A stretch of DNA of 64,000 bases from Chrysomallon squamiferum (taxonomy: Eukaryota; Animalia; Mollusca), in assembly GCA_012295275.1 (NCBI GenBank), contig CM022671.1, positions 12,276,001 through 12,340,000 of the forward strand. Reading direction: 5' to 3'. Made by a program: the position numbers and the translations under genes. Below are positions 37,796 through 51,672 of the stretch, piece by piece. Position 1 is the first letter of the stretch. Each line of letters starts with the position of its first letter. Below the pieces are notes generated by a model, which saw only the letters and a program-made list of their open reading frames with translations, made no database searches and was not told the DNA's origin.

Positions 37796-40700
37796 CACAC
37801 ACACACACTTTAATTCTTAGGGTGACATCACATAATGTGCAGCCAGAAGTGCAACAAAACAACCCACAAATGGAACTGGGCAAAACAAAACAGAGCAAAC
37901 AAAAACACAAAGAATCCACAGTTAGAAGAAGAGTAGAAAAGAAAAAGGTTATTGAAAGTAGTGACATCGAATCACAAGAAAGGCTGTTCAATGAGATGGT
38001 GGCAGAAGCTACAAAACAGTCCAGACTGCAGCATTCTTCTGCCCATACTAAACCTACTATACGAACTTTGACAGATGATTCAAAGCGAACTGAAACAATA
38101 ACTGAAAAACATCCTGTGAGTTATTCAACAATAGAAGCATTGATTAACAGAAATAACAGTTCTGGAGGGAAGGTGTTAGTCCAGAATACTGCAGAGGATA
38201 CATCATCAAATGAGAGGCCTCCATTTACCACAAAAGCCGAGTCACTAAGTAGAGAACTGTCACCATCTCGAATTACTGCTCAAATGCAGTCCGTTCTGTC
38301 TGAGAGCTATCGATCTACATCACAAACTGAAACTAATACTGCAGACACATTCAGAAATAATCTTTTACATTCAGCATTGACAGGCATGTTGAATCAGTCA
38401 CCAGGTAGAGTGTCTCCTACAAGAGCAAAGACACCTCCAAAAGTAAAAGGCAAAGGAATATCTTCATCACGTTTACCTCCAAAGAAAGACATATCACCTG
38501 GAGTGTTCAAAGAATCACCTCAAGATCATATTATAAGGACTGCAAAACTTCCACCTGAAATAAACCAGCAAAGATCTGGTGTTTTAATCAAAAAAGAATC
38601 TTCAGTTTCTGATCATACAAATCTTCACTGTGTTTCTCAGACACATCCTCTTTCTATATATACCACAACTCATGCTGCAGGTTCAGGACAAACATCACTT
38701 ACAGATTCCCAGTCTTTTCACCAGACATCTCAGTTGTCGAAACTGGGGATGATAGCTCCAACATCAGCTATTACATCAACTAGAGTTGCTCCTGTAGCAC
38801 ACATTGTATCTGCATCTTCAGAGATTGCTCAGGCTGTTCAGATACCTCATAACTTGCAGGAAGTTGTTGTTCCTGTTTCAGGTGAGAGACCTAAAGCCCA
38901 TTCTCCTTTTAGAGAAATTTTGTTAGCAGAACAGCATGAAGCAGAAAGAAGATATTCACCTCATGTAGTTGTTAGAAGAACTTTGCCATCTGCACCTCCA
39001 AGTGGCTGGATTTCAAGTAAGACACCTCCCATGCCACATACTAAGCAAAAGGCACCAGCATCTGTACATGAGGTTGTTTCACAAAAAATTCATCAAAGAA
39101 TACCATCACCTCAAGGACATCAAAATATACCATCACCCCATGGGCATCAAAGGATACCATCACCAAAAGGACACCAAACCATACCGTCTCCTCAAGGAAG
39201 TCAGAGAGTGTCATCACCTGCCAGACCTTATGAAGATCAGTCAACTTATGGAAGTCATATGTCACCACATGGTTTACATCAAGTATCATCCCCATACACA
39301 ATACATACAGAACAAGGGTCTTATCAAGAGAGATCCTCTCCTTTCAAAGACACAACAGAAGGGAAGAAACAACCCAGAGAATCACCTGTTGTATTTAGGA
39401 CAGAACACCCTGTTTCACAGTCTTCCTCTAATGTGCAGCATTGTGATCAGTCTTCTCCTCTTTCAGCTGGTTTCCAGACACAGAGTTCAGATCACAGATT
39501 ATCACTAGAAATTCAGAATCGACATGAATCACCTGCATTCCCACCTCCTGCTCATCTTGTCTATGTTCAGAAACCATCTGAAAAGACTGGAGTATCAAAA
39601 AATGAACAGTCAGCAGCTGTTGATTTAACCAAGGTTCACAAATATTCAATAGCAGTTGACAGAAAGGCGCAGCAGAATGCCTTTCCAGTTCTACCTTGTG
39701 TTGAAGGCCTGATGGCTTTATGTCAAATCCCAGCAACTGTAACATCTGAAAAAATTGACTTAACTGGTGATAATGATCATCCTGTTTACGTTACTTCAAG
39801 CAAGGATTCATTTCATCCAGCTACAAAAGATATTTTGAAAACACAACAGCCTCCAAACTTGCCATGCTATCCAGGACTTGTAACAAATGCTCTTTCTACA
39901 ATATCTGTTATGCATCCATCTTCAGTTTCAGAAACAGTTGTCACACAGTCAGTTCATCCAGTATCCTCTGATAGTCTGTTCTCTCATTCTGTATCTAAAC
40001 ACCATACTTCATGGCACCCAGTTTCAACACACCCTGTTTCTGTTCAGTCAAAAGGACCTTTACCACCTCATATTAACCCTTTTACGTTTCCACCATCTTT
40101 AAAAGTTACTGCTGTCCAAAATACACTGACTGTGACTGCATCATCAGTGAAATCTCCTGATAAATCTGATACTAGATTACCTAAAGAGCATTCACCAGTA
40201 ATAGGCCCTTTCCTCACACATGTAAACAATGAATCCTTATTGCCATCTTCAAGTGATAAGGAATGTGGAAGTGAAATGCCAAAACTTGTTCCTGAAGTGT
40301 GTCTCCTTGATAAAAATGATGAGATGAACAAGTATTCCATCTTTAACCATGTTGATGAAAAGAACAATGATTTGCTACCATTGGTATGTTTAATATTTTA
40401 TGAGTTTAAGATATTATTCATAAACAGTATTCTAGAAGTTTAATTATTCTTCCTTTTCAACTTTTCTTTCTGCCTCTTTTTGTTATTATTTTATAATACC
40501 TTTATAAATATTTAAATATTTTGAAAACATTGACTTCTGTCTAGCCGTTAATGACAGAATTCATTTAAGTCTTTTTTTGCAAATGTCCTTTATATTTGAT
40601 ATTTGTTACAGTTAACAATATTTTCTATTTATGATACTGAATCTTGTTTCAAAATAATTAAGTCTGTTTTTCTTTATTATTATTTTTTTTTACTTTTGTT

Positions 40701-43700
40701 TTTTTCTATGATTTCAGGAAAATCCATTCAACATGAGATTACAGAATTTAGCAAGTTTTCCACCATCCAACCCAGGTAAAACAGGATACCGCTCACAGTC
40801 AGTAGCAGTTCTGAGAGCAAAGTAAGAACAGTTTTTGGAATGATTAAATTTAACAATGAATTCATTAAAAATCATCTACATCTATATCTGTCTATCTATC
40901 TAACTATACATACATACATACATACAAAGATATATATATATGTTAGTGTATACCACCATTGCTCTATGTGCGTTTGGTTTATTTGTAATAGTCTACAATG
41001 TCTGTATACATTTTCTTTTTTCTTTTCTTTTTTCAAACTAATTTGAAATAAAAAATTGTAATATGAATTTTTTCTGATGTTTGTTTATTCTAATTTAAAC
41101 AAACTTTAAAATAAAATACAGGTGTAATAAAAATATTCTTAATATTTCAGAAAAGAAATGAAAAAAACAACAACAGATTTTTTTTTATTTACACCCATGA
41201 TTTCTGTGTGTAAATATAAAATAGACTATGTATTTTGCAGAACTTGCTCTATCACAAGTGCAGCAAAATCTTTGGATCTTCTCAGACAGAACTTGCAAAA
41301 ATGTATCAACAAGGATATTGATAACATCATTCAATCCTATATTGAAGTGAGTGTATTTAAAGTTGCTTAATCCAGAAAATATTATTACCTTTTTATTATT
41401 TATTATAATTAATTTTTTTTGGAAGTTGTTTATTTTTTCTGTTGATCACAATTTGTTTATTTAAATTACAGTTGGAATTTTTTATTTTATAAACATTATA
41501 ATCTAAACACTTCTTGAAAAACAAGGTTTTTTGGATGGACACAATTCAGTTGTTATCTGATGATTTGTTTGTTGGTAAATGTACTATGTAGGTTTATGAT
41601 TTGTATTTTACACACGCACGCATGCACACACATGCACACACACACACACACACACACACCACACTCTGGTTCAAATTAAATGAAGGGATGGTACAGAAAA
41701 TGTTCAGGGTACAAATACTTTGAACAATGTTCAAATTAATTCGTTGTCAAACATACTCCTATAAATAGTTGCATCAAATGCAAAATTCACTAAATAAATG
41801 GGTGGTGGATATTGTTCCTGTTGCCGATAAATGGCGGGCAAACTCATCGTAAAGGATGGCGGGCCTACCATCTCTTACAGTATGTAGCAAGACCTCTGTA
41901 TGTATGTATGTGTATATGTATATATAAAAAAACACACACGCACACATTTATTTATTTTTCCTTCTTTTTGTTTTGTTTTATTTATTGTTAAATATCACAA
42001 TTTTTAGAAATATTTTAATCCTGGTATTGCCAACATCCGACTGAATAATGGTCCTAACTCTGTGAATGATGATCATGTACATTTAGTCTGTAGACAGATA
42101 CTTGAAGAGGTGAGGAATTAATTTTTTATAATGGCAGTTTAACATAATAAACTATCACAGAATGTCTTTTATTTTATTTCAGTCTTATGTTGCCCACTAA
42201 TTGGTTTAAAAAAATACACTGAATAACATTATTAATCATTATAAGTATATACATAGATGTCACTTCAGAAATACTGTTCATTTACAGAACTCTGTTGATG
42301 TAAGTTATTCTTTGTATTAATAACATAAAATTAAATAATAAAATATTTTTATTATAATCAGTTCTTTTCAATTAATTACATTTCCATCTTTGTTTTTAAT
42401 TGCCTGCCATCAGATATGGGCTTATATCTAGCTGATTTTCTTCACAAGTACATTCTACAGAACTGTCTTCTGTCCAAAACATATTTATTTATTTATTTAC
42501 TTCTACAGGCTAAGAGAATGTACAGCACTGAAAGACGAAGTGTCACCCCTGTGAATGACAACTCTGATAATGTCTCAGAATCTGGTAGTATTAACGGCAG
42601 ACGATCCAATTCGGTAAGTTTGCAATAGCATTTAAGTATATTAAGTATGTTACCTTTTTTAAATAGATGTCGTGAACAATGAATTCTTTAAAATTTCATG
42701 TTTTATTTTTTCCTCAGGGTTTTGTAAGAAAACGAAGACCATCTGATAGCAATTCTGAAAGTGGAAAACCTGAAATAATTGTTCCTAAGAAAAAGGTCAC
42801 AGTTTATTTCCTTTTTCATGATAACAGTATACTATATCTTTGTAATGTGAATTAACAGTATAATTAATTATTAATATAACAGTAAATAAATTGAGAATTA
42901 ATAAATCATTAGCAGTGTTCTCCCTAAAAATGTTTTTTATTTTAAAATTATAAACATAAACACCTACACATTATTTAATTGCAAATATATTTGATATTAT
43001 AATATTATTTTATTATATCAGTTAAAACAACTATTTATCAAAATATATTTCTTTGTTCACTTTCAAATTAATCCTCAAAAATGTAATATATGTTGTTAAT
43101 ATTGCTTAAAGGAAAATTATTTGGAATTCCTTAGAAAAAAGATTAGTTATCCATTCTTAAAATGTTTCCTGATTATCTATTTTCAGAAGAAAGGAAGACC
43201 ACCTCTGAACCAAACTGGGTAAAACACATTTTAACATTATTATTAATATTTTTTAATTTATTATTGATGTTATTGATATTAATAATTTATTATAAATATT
43301 TAAAATCTTAAAACACAGGAAAATCTTTTAAATGTTTTGCATTTCACCATTTATATCGGTTATATGAAAGATGTTAGGGTTATATTTTTGTTGTTATTTC
43401 ACCTGAACATTTTCACATTGTGGTAAAACACTAATAAAATACATTTTTGTTCAGAAGAGGCACTCCTTCTAAAATGATGAGATCAGAACCATTAAGACAA
43501 GGACCCAAAGTAAGATGAAATTTTATATATTTAAAGTGAATAATGTTTAAGATTTATAAATTGGGAATATTGTCATAAAGCTTAAGACAACTGTTAAATT
43601 TTCTAAAGTTATTAAAAATAATATTTATGATTACAGAGTTTGAGTTATTACATGTATCGGAAATATTGTAATAATTTATCAAATACACTAGAAATGTTTT

Positions 43701-46700
43701 AGAAATATGCACATTTTAACTGGTTACATTTAAAATTTTATGACTGATATTGTTTGGGGGTTTTGTAATTTATATACAAACATTGAATCAGTTGCTAAAT
43801 AAAGTCTGCATTAGATAATTGTTAGCATCCTTCTCTGAAAAGATTGTTTATCTTCTGACTTCTCTATAGTGTTTGCCACAACTGGGATTAAACTTCTAAC
43901 ATTGTATGTATGTGCATGTGTGTGTTGCATGTGTTGTTATTATTAATATTTTTGATGCTAATAAACTGGTATTTAAGAACACAAGAAAATTACATTCCTT
44001 GGAAATACACAATATTTGTCAAAGAAAAAGAATGATAAGTTATTACTTTTCATGTTCCATCTGTCTTCAAGAATTTCTTTTCTTTAAAATTAGTGGGATC
44101 CAGAAAGACTTACAACTGACAGCCTTTTTGTGATGGGAGCAAGAGCAAACAAGTGAGATTTTAAATGTTAAAACATTTATTAAATAACATTTAATCCTTG
44201 TATTTAAATTTTCAAAGTTTTCTAAAATTCTTTTTTCTTCTCTAAATTAAAGTAAAACTGTGATATTGGTGAAATGTGAACATTGTTATTATATGTATTA
44301 TTGCGTTTAGGTTTTAATGATTATTTGGATGTGAATTATGTATGGAATATTTTTGTGACATATTGTATGTGTTAAGTTCTGAGAAACATGTATACATGTT
44401 GTTGGGTTTTTTCAGAGCACTTGGCCTTGGTAACACAAGAGGACGATTATACATAAAGCATCCAGATGTTTTTAAGGTCAGTAAAACAAAATACATTTCA
44501 AAAATATAAATAGGTAAATTCATAACCCCTTACATTATACTACTTCAGTACAAGTCTAAAATATTTCAGAGCAATTTCCTGATAATTCTATATATACCAT
44601 TCTTGGGAAGCTTTATTAGAATTGTAGTTTACATATTTTGTGCAGTGCTGAATGTATTTTGCTATATCATTGAAATTAAAATACCTCTTGCTACATCAAC
44701 AGTGTTGGACAACATACTTTCCCATCATCAGTTGATAGATTATCCCAGTGAAACCAACAACACACCTAGATCTTGTTAACCAAGGGAGTTTCATACTGGA
44801 AATGGACACAGATAAACATTAATATTTTTGACTTCATTAATACAAGTGTAATAATAATAGGCATAAATTCTATTTGCTGAGTTTTATTTTATTTTTTATA
44901 TATATTTATTATATTCTCAGTTCCTTGTATTTGTTTCCATTTCATCGGATAAAGAAAACACATAGAACAATCATATTTTTTCCCTTGCATCTTTAATACT
45001 GTATATTGTTCAGCATAACTGAATTAAGCACTTACAAAATGAAGATAAATGTGATGACATTTAACACAGAATTATGATTAATTATTTCACAGGTGAAATA
45101 ATTGGTCAATGTAATGAATTCCTACTGATACAAATATTTAACATTTTTAGTATTCAGGAGACCAAGATGACAAAGCCTGGTTGTATGAACATCAGCTGAT
45201 GCCAGTGACTGGTGGCAAGGCCTACATGCTATTAGTGGAAGATATTAAAGATCTCAGTGAAACAGATGAATATAGGTAACTATCAAAGATTTGAAGTTTT
45301 AGCCAGGGTTTGTATGCATTTTGGAAATTCCTCACAGTGTTTTCCAGGACCTTAAAAGTTTTGAAAAAATCAGATTTAGTTACCTTGGCTGTGGTAAAGT
45401 TATAGAAAATTACAACAATGCAATAAATTATATTGTATGAAAAATTGGTTTGTTTCACCCGTATTTAGCACCAACACAAAGCCCAGTTTTAGCCAATATA
45501 ATGAAGTGCTGTTACAGCCTAGCCAGCAAAAATGGTTCCATTACGGTAGTGATTCTGTATTAGCTTGATCCTGAAAGATTAACTCAGACTATCTGCAGTT
45601 TGAACTTGCACAGATCATCATGAGTTTGCTGCAAGTTGATTTGAATGACCAAGCATCATGTGGTGTTAAAAGGGGACAGGTGTACTGAACAGCATTGCAT
45701 AATAGTTTTGTTTCCCTGTATTTTCCTGTCTGTAAAGCACCCCTGTTTTTATTTCTTTTTATTTCATTTTTTTTTTTTAGACATTTTGGAGGATCCATTT
45801 GTATTATAAGAAGTACTGTTTTACACGTTACTTTTAAGTATTGAATGTCCAGTGGTCAAATGTGTATCTGGTTTTTTTGAGGGTTTTTTTGGGGGGGGAC
45901 TTTTTCTGGATGCATTGTTCATTAATACACTTGTTCTTGTCCTTAAGAAGCTTGTAATGTATATATTTAACTCATTAAATAAACCTACTATTTACGATTA
46001 CACTTTTTGTTTCTTTGTTCTTGGAATTTGAGACAGAAATAATCAAGGTTTGTAATAAACAGCTCCCTCCAATATGAAAAAAAGGGAGCAGGTTATTGTC
46101 TGAAAAATATGTTAATGTAGGTTTTTACCGGTAAATGTACACAGTTATAAATCTAGCTGAAATGCTTAAATATACCAGATTTTAATTTTTGACAGTTTTT
46201 ATATGGAGATCAATTAAAATGGGGCAAGTGAAAACCCACTTGTTTTTTTCAATCTTACTGCAATACCTCACATGAATGATTTCATTGTAGTACATATGGG
46301 TATAAATAAACATTGCCACATTGCTTTGTCTATGTGTTGGAGAGGAGGACTTTTCAGAGAGTTACCTTATTTTGTATAATCTAGCATTACAAAGGGATGG
46401 GTGAGTGATCAATTTTGACATAAACAGCATTGTGTAATGTTTGAATGGCCCCTTAGGGTTAGTTATATTTTTCATTTTCTGTATTAATATTTCTGCAGAT
46501 CTGTCTTACATATCATCATAGCCAAGTCCACTCCAAGAATAAAACCATTTTAAAAAGAAAAAATAAATTACATTAATTTTTTTATTATTAATAATCCTAC
46601 ATGTAAACCATGCAACATAATCAAGGCAAAAGCCTAAAAACTGCAAAAAACAACTTTGCTGTGATTGAGTTTGCCTGGAAATGGTTTTGGAAAGTTGGAT

Positions 46701-49385
46701 TTGTTGGCTATGGAAAGCCCAAGGTGTACGAACCCTGTTTATTTGCCATTTTTGTGATAGCAAATACCCTAATATTTAAAAAGAAACAAACAACATATGT
46801 CCTCCATTTTAAACTACTAGAAATCAGATTTATTTTTGCCATCATTGTATATGATGAACCTGAAAGTAAATTTGCTAATTGCAGACTTGTAGTTGTTTAC
46901 TGTTTGTTATATCCTTATCATACAGATAACTAAAACATCTTCTCCCACTTTGTATGATAAAGTTGTAGCATTACTAGTTAGTTAAAACAAAATTAAAACA
47001 TCAGTTTAAAAATGAAGAAAAAAGGAGGGGAGGAACAGCTAATGAATAAAACCCATCCGATATTCAGGATTCAGTTAAAATTGCACTTTGTATAGAACTA
47101 TTGAAGTTGGGTGTTTTTTATCTGTTTCAGGGACAGTCCTAATCTGATGATGGATGAGTTGAAAGGTTTCAAAGTCCCAGAATTCATGATTGTTAAGATG
47201 CGTGCAGACATGATGGCTCAAAGAACCGATGTTGGAACTAGTGTGCCGCATCGCAGTCGATCAGGAACACCAGTTGAGGTGAATCACTTATTATTATTAT
47301 TATTCGTTTTGCTTCAATTTTTATTTTATTTCAGTTTGCATCATTTTCTTTGTTTTATTTTTTAATTTTCTTTTTTATTTCTTTATCTATTTATTTATTT
47401 TTTTTTAATTTTTATTATTGCTATTTGTTTTTAATGATACATAGGTCATGTACATTTTTAAAATAATAGCAAATTTAGTTTTAAAATTAAAAGACAAAGA
47501 TTGATTGTTTGTTATTGATTCATGACTTATACTTGCAGTGAAACTTGTTAAACTTTTTTTAACTTTAATTTATACCATACTGAAAAAACCCCACAATATA
47601 TTATAGATATAAATTTGGCAAGAATTTAAAAATGAACACACAAAAACAAAAAAACAAAAAGGAAATGAAAAGCAAAAATATGTGTGTAAAACTAACAGAT
47701 ATATATACATACACACACATATAAAATCTTAATTAATAATAGAACATGATGGAATATTCCTTTGTCTTTTGGCATCATTTTTTAGACAAATAAAAATACC
47801 TCCATGACAGACTTGATTTCTTGGCTGCTTGCAGTGATTTCATATATTTTATAATTTCGAATTACAAAATGACAAAATTAAAAGAAAGAAAAAAATAGAA
47901 GGAATGTATGATCATTAATGCATTTTTGGTTATTTTGGTTTTCTTTAGAGTTTGAAAAATTTAAATAAATAAAAATAGCATTAGGCCATCAAATGTAGAT
48001 TTAACCTTAGTTTCAATTCTGTTTTTGCACAGCATTTAACCAGCATGGCTAGTAAATATTAGAAATGATTTGTTTGTATTTTATGTTTTTTTTTTAGAAG
48101 CATGTGCTTATGTCTGTAAATTCTCTCTTCTACCCACACACAGGAACGTGAATCCAAGGAACATCCCCAGGATATACCATTTTCAAGTTTCAGTACACCA
48201 ACATCATCTACAGGTGATGTCAAGTCTGAATCTAGGGTAATTGTTTATTTCAGTTAAAAACAGATTTATCCTCTCAGCTGCTCCAAAGATTTTACTCTAA
48301 TGATTTACTATTTGCCTTCTTCTATGATATGTATGTCTATATTGTACATAGATGGTTTTTTCATTTTATGAAATGTTTTCTTAAGAAAAATTAATCTTGT
48401 CTTAAAGGGGCATTTTCATTGTAGGATGCATCACACTAAATTGTTACAGCTTTAATCATACTGTGAAAATATCAGAATTATATCATTAATATTATATTAA
48501 TATGTTTTTCACAGAATAGTTGAGTTACAGTCAACAGATTTTTTGAACTGTTGCACTGGTACATCCTTAAAAATATAATATAATATATGCCTGAATAGTA
48601 GCTGCTCCTAATAGATTACCATTTATCTCTTACTAGTTAGTAAGTAAAGCTGTAGATTTTATGGGGAAAGTACATGCTAATTTAATTATTTCTAACTGAT
48701 GTTGTATTATAAAATACTACTAATGCAGCAATTATTGGATGCTTGTGCAGTCAAAATAAAAAAATAAAACTTAATTTCCAATATCTTCTATAAAATTAAT
48801 ATTGTATGGAGACAAGAAATTGAATTTGAAAGCCATTGTCATGATATATTTTTTTGTTTCCACCCAGAAAACTAACACAATTAAATAAATGTAATATTTC
48901 AGATTTGGTCTTAACCTTAAGGATACTTGACTGTTTTCATGTTATTTGGAAATGAATGACATTTTCTCAGGCAGTTAATTTTTTGAATGAATACCCTCCA
49001 GTTGCCTCTTCTGTTACTGGCTAAATGCATCACTTCTTTTCAAACTTAATTCTTTTTAATGAACTAATTATCCTATCAGTTATTTTGTAAATTAATTACT
49101 GTTGGTAATTCATGATGATATAAAACAATCCAGTTTGATAACAAATTGTATATTTATTTACAGTTTAAAGTAACTAATTCTGTTTACAATTTTCAGGTTT
49201 CTCCAGGAGGCACTGAAGAAATGGAATTTCTCTCTACTGCTGACAATGAAGAACAAAATGACCAAGATTTATCCCCCTTACACATGACAAGTACTTTTGA
49301 AGATGCTGGCTCCACATCTCCAACTGATTTAGATAGCTATGATGGAGACCCACAGCTTCCAGCTTCATTTACTTACAGTAAATAG
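36809..49385 (+). CDS. DNTTIP1: Deoxynucleotidyltransferase terminal-interacting protein 1 (MiDAC subunit) with a ~870-aa N-terminal extension; about 1294 aa
   Basis: Exons 36809-36873, 37821-40383, 40718-40821 (ENPFNM), 41241-41346 (SLDLLRQNLQKCINKDI, dimerisation domain), 42008-42109, 42509-42613, 42718-42795, 43187-43218 (KKGRPP, AT-hook-like), 43455-43509, 44094-44152 (WDPERL...FVMGARANK), 44416-44476 (ALGLGNTRGRLYIKHPDVFK), 45151-45275 (YSGDQDDKAWL...TGGKAYMLL), 47131-47278, 48144-48236, 49197-49385 (TAG). Phases consistent; total 3885 nt. Confidence 0.92.
39091..39219 (+). repeat. Coding 27-bp tandem repeat (about 4.8 units; HQxIPSPxG)
   Basis: Units start at 39091, 39118, 39145, 39172 and 39199: HQRIPSPQG HQNIPSPHG HQRIPSPKG HQTIPSPQG SQRVSSP. 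Confidence 0.85.
45304..46737. mobile_element. Degenerate TIR DNA element (CAGGGTT termini) filling most of DNTTIP1 intron 12, probably with a nested insertion
   Basis: Left end CAGGGTTTGTATGC; right end reverse complement CAGGGTTCGTACAC (11/14); TGGAAA subterminal repeats at both ends. A second TIR-like end ...TGAATGGCCCC|TTA lies at about 46452. No clean TSD. Confidence 0.45.
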
Positions 49386-51384
49386 ATGAATAACAACAGT
49401 TATTTAATATATTTTCTTTATTCAGATTTGTTATAGTCATATTGTTTATTATTAAATTAAAACTGTAGTTTTTAATTACTTTCTTTTTCAGTGTATTGAA
49501 ACAAAAATTGTATGAATTACATAGCTCACCTCATAAACGTTTTTATTTTATTTATTATATGTTACAGAAATATTTTCAAATTTATTATTGCTTTGCTTTC
49601 TATTTTATTTTATTTTTACAAATTCTTAACAAATATATTGTTATTTATTATCATTTTAACTTGGTTTTTCCTTTCTGAAATATAAATTTTTTGTATGTTT
49701 CATATTTATAACAGTAAAATTGATGTTACTTTTGAACTGTCATTTTTATTGATATTACAGAAAGTAGCTTGTTTATTGGATGAATTATTCTTTATAGTGT
49801 GTTTTGTTTTTAAATAAACTTTTACTGAGGTTTTTTTAATTATTTTTTTAATGAAAAATCTCTTCAAAATAGTTTGTGATTTTTATTAATTCCCATCTAA
49901 TATGTAACAAAAAACCTACATGTTGATAAAGTAATTTATTTGGTACAAAGAAGAAAATAAGTGTTTTTTGAATAAAAGACTTTACTTGCAGATATTAACA
50001 CAAAATAAATAATTGCTGAAAACTGGCCCCATTCTGAATATTCTTGTTCAATGTTCCTGTGCTTGTGTGATTATTTGGGACATATTTACATATCTGTAGT
50101 GATGGAGACTAAAAAAAGAATGTTCCTCTCTTATATAAAAACGTTACCTGAAACAAATTCCACTTTCTACAAAAAGCTAGGATGGACACACACGAGCACA
50201 CATACAGAAATTTAGCAAATTTGAAATAAATATACCAGTACCATCGAGAAAGGATATTTAATTACCAGAGATTATGTAAATTGATTTTCTTCATTGAATT
50301 AACAGTAAGCCATAACACCTAAATAACGCCTTGCATTTAAAAAACTCTATTGGAAAACAATAATAATAAAAATGTCTGTAGCATTTTCCATAATTTTAAA
50401 GATCATGTTATCAACTGAAAATTTTTGAAAATATTAAAAAAATATTTCAGGACAACTTTACAAGTATTAAATTGTACAGGTTATTTAGTTTAAGAAGTTT
50501 TATTTTTTGATTATATATATATATATTAGTTATGTTTTGCAAAAAGAAAAAATCAGATGCTGAAAAAGGGCTGTTCTTGTTAAATACATTATATGTATTT
50601 TTTCTAAAGTGTACATACTTATATTAGGACATAGTTTCATAATAATTATGTGCTACCTCTGAAGATTGCTCAGTTTTACATTTTGGTGTTGTTTAGATTA
50701 ATTAGGTTTTAGAATATATTATATATGTATATTAACATTTTACTTTTCTTTTTTTTATATGAATTTGGTATTCTAAATAATTTACTAAAGCATAAAACTT
50801 CATTTTGAATGCAGACATGTCAACCATTTAGGCATAATCTTACATCTATTACATGTTCTGTCTTATTATTCTGTTGCAAAGGCCTCTTTAATATTATTCA
50901 TTATGATTATTTGTTCTTACGTTTTACATATTTCTAGATCATGTCTGTAGATCTTATTTTGCTCTCTTCAGATTTTGACTTAATGTCTAGCAATATATAT
51001 ATATATATTTATGTGAATGTATTACCGAGTTTCTTAAAATAATGTAAAAAGGTTGTTAAAATCTTCACATTTAAGAACAGTTATGGCAGGCAAGTTCCAC
51101 ATCCATTATAATCTCTTCTTATAAATAGCATCTCTATGAATGTGTTCTGGATATTCCATTTTTATCTGGGATCATTTCTGAATGTTACATTTAACAGCTG
51201 CTTATTCTTTAAGTGTACCAGTACATTCCTAGTGTATTATTTAACTTCTAAGTTACTATTTTATTTGTGTTAAATTTCATCCCTGATTACAAAATATCAT
51301 AACAAAACAATAACAGTTAAAATTATTTGAATGCATCCATTTTTACATTTTCAAAATTTGGGTCAGGGCACACTGAGACAATCA

Positions 51385-51672
51385 TCGACTGGCTTCACTG
51401 GTACTTTCAGACTTAGCTGCAACTGAATCAGTATCATATTCTGATTCATTGTCATCAAAGTACTTCCCTGAAATTCCGCTTCTTTGCAGGAAGGGAAAGC
51501 CAATTCACTCCTGTCGTGTTAACATCCAGCTGTAACACCTTTTCTGTTTCAGTTCTTCTGCCATTACTTCTTTCTCTGGTGTGTCTGTTTATGTATGTCA
51601 TCACTTTCTAACTACTGCTTTGCCTTTCCTTTGTCCAGTTTAAGAGTATGGCCATATCACCTAAGAAATCAC
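51385..51672 (-). mobile_element. Fossil pogo-family DDE transposase C-terminal fragment
   Basis: One frame (51672-51538) reads VIS*VIWPYS*TGQRKGKAVVRK**HT*TDTPEKEVMAEELKQKR, matching the SP..IRPYPKA..RK...RK...ILTDTPEK motif; an acidic stretch YFDDNESEYDTDS follows. Confidence 0.55.

Noticed and set aside
45052-45128. GTGATGA...CTGA as a C/D snoRNA in a DNTTIP1 intron
   Set aside because: No terminal stem, no recognisable guide, and only about 22 nt from the acceptor.
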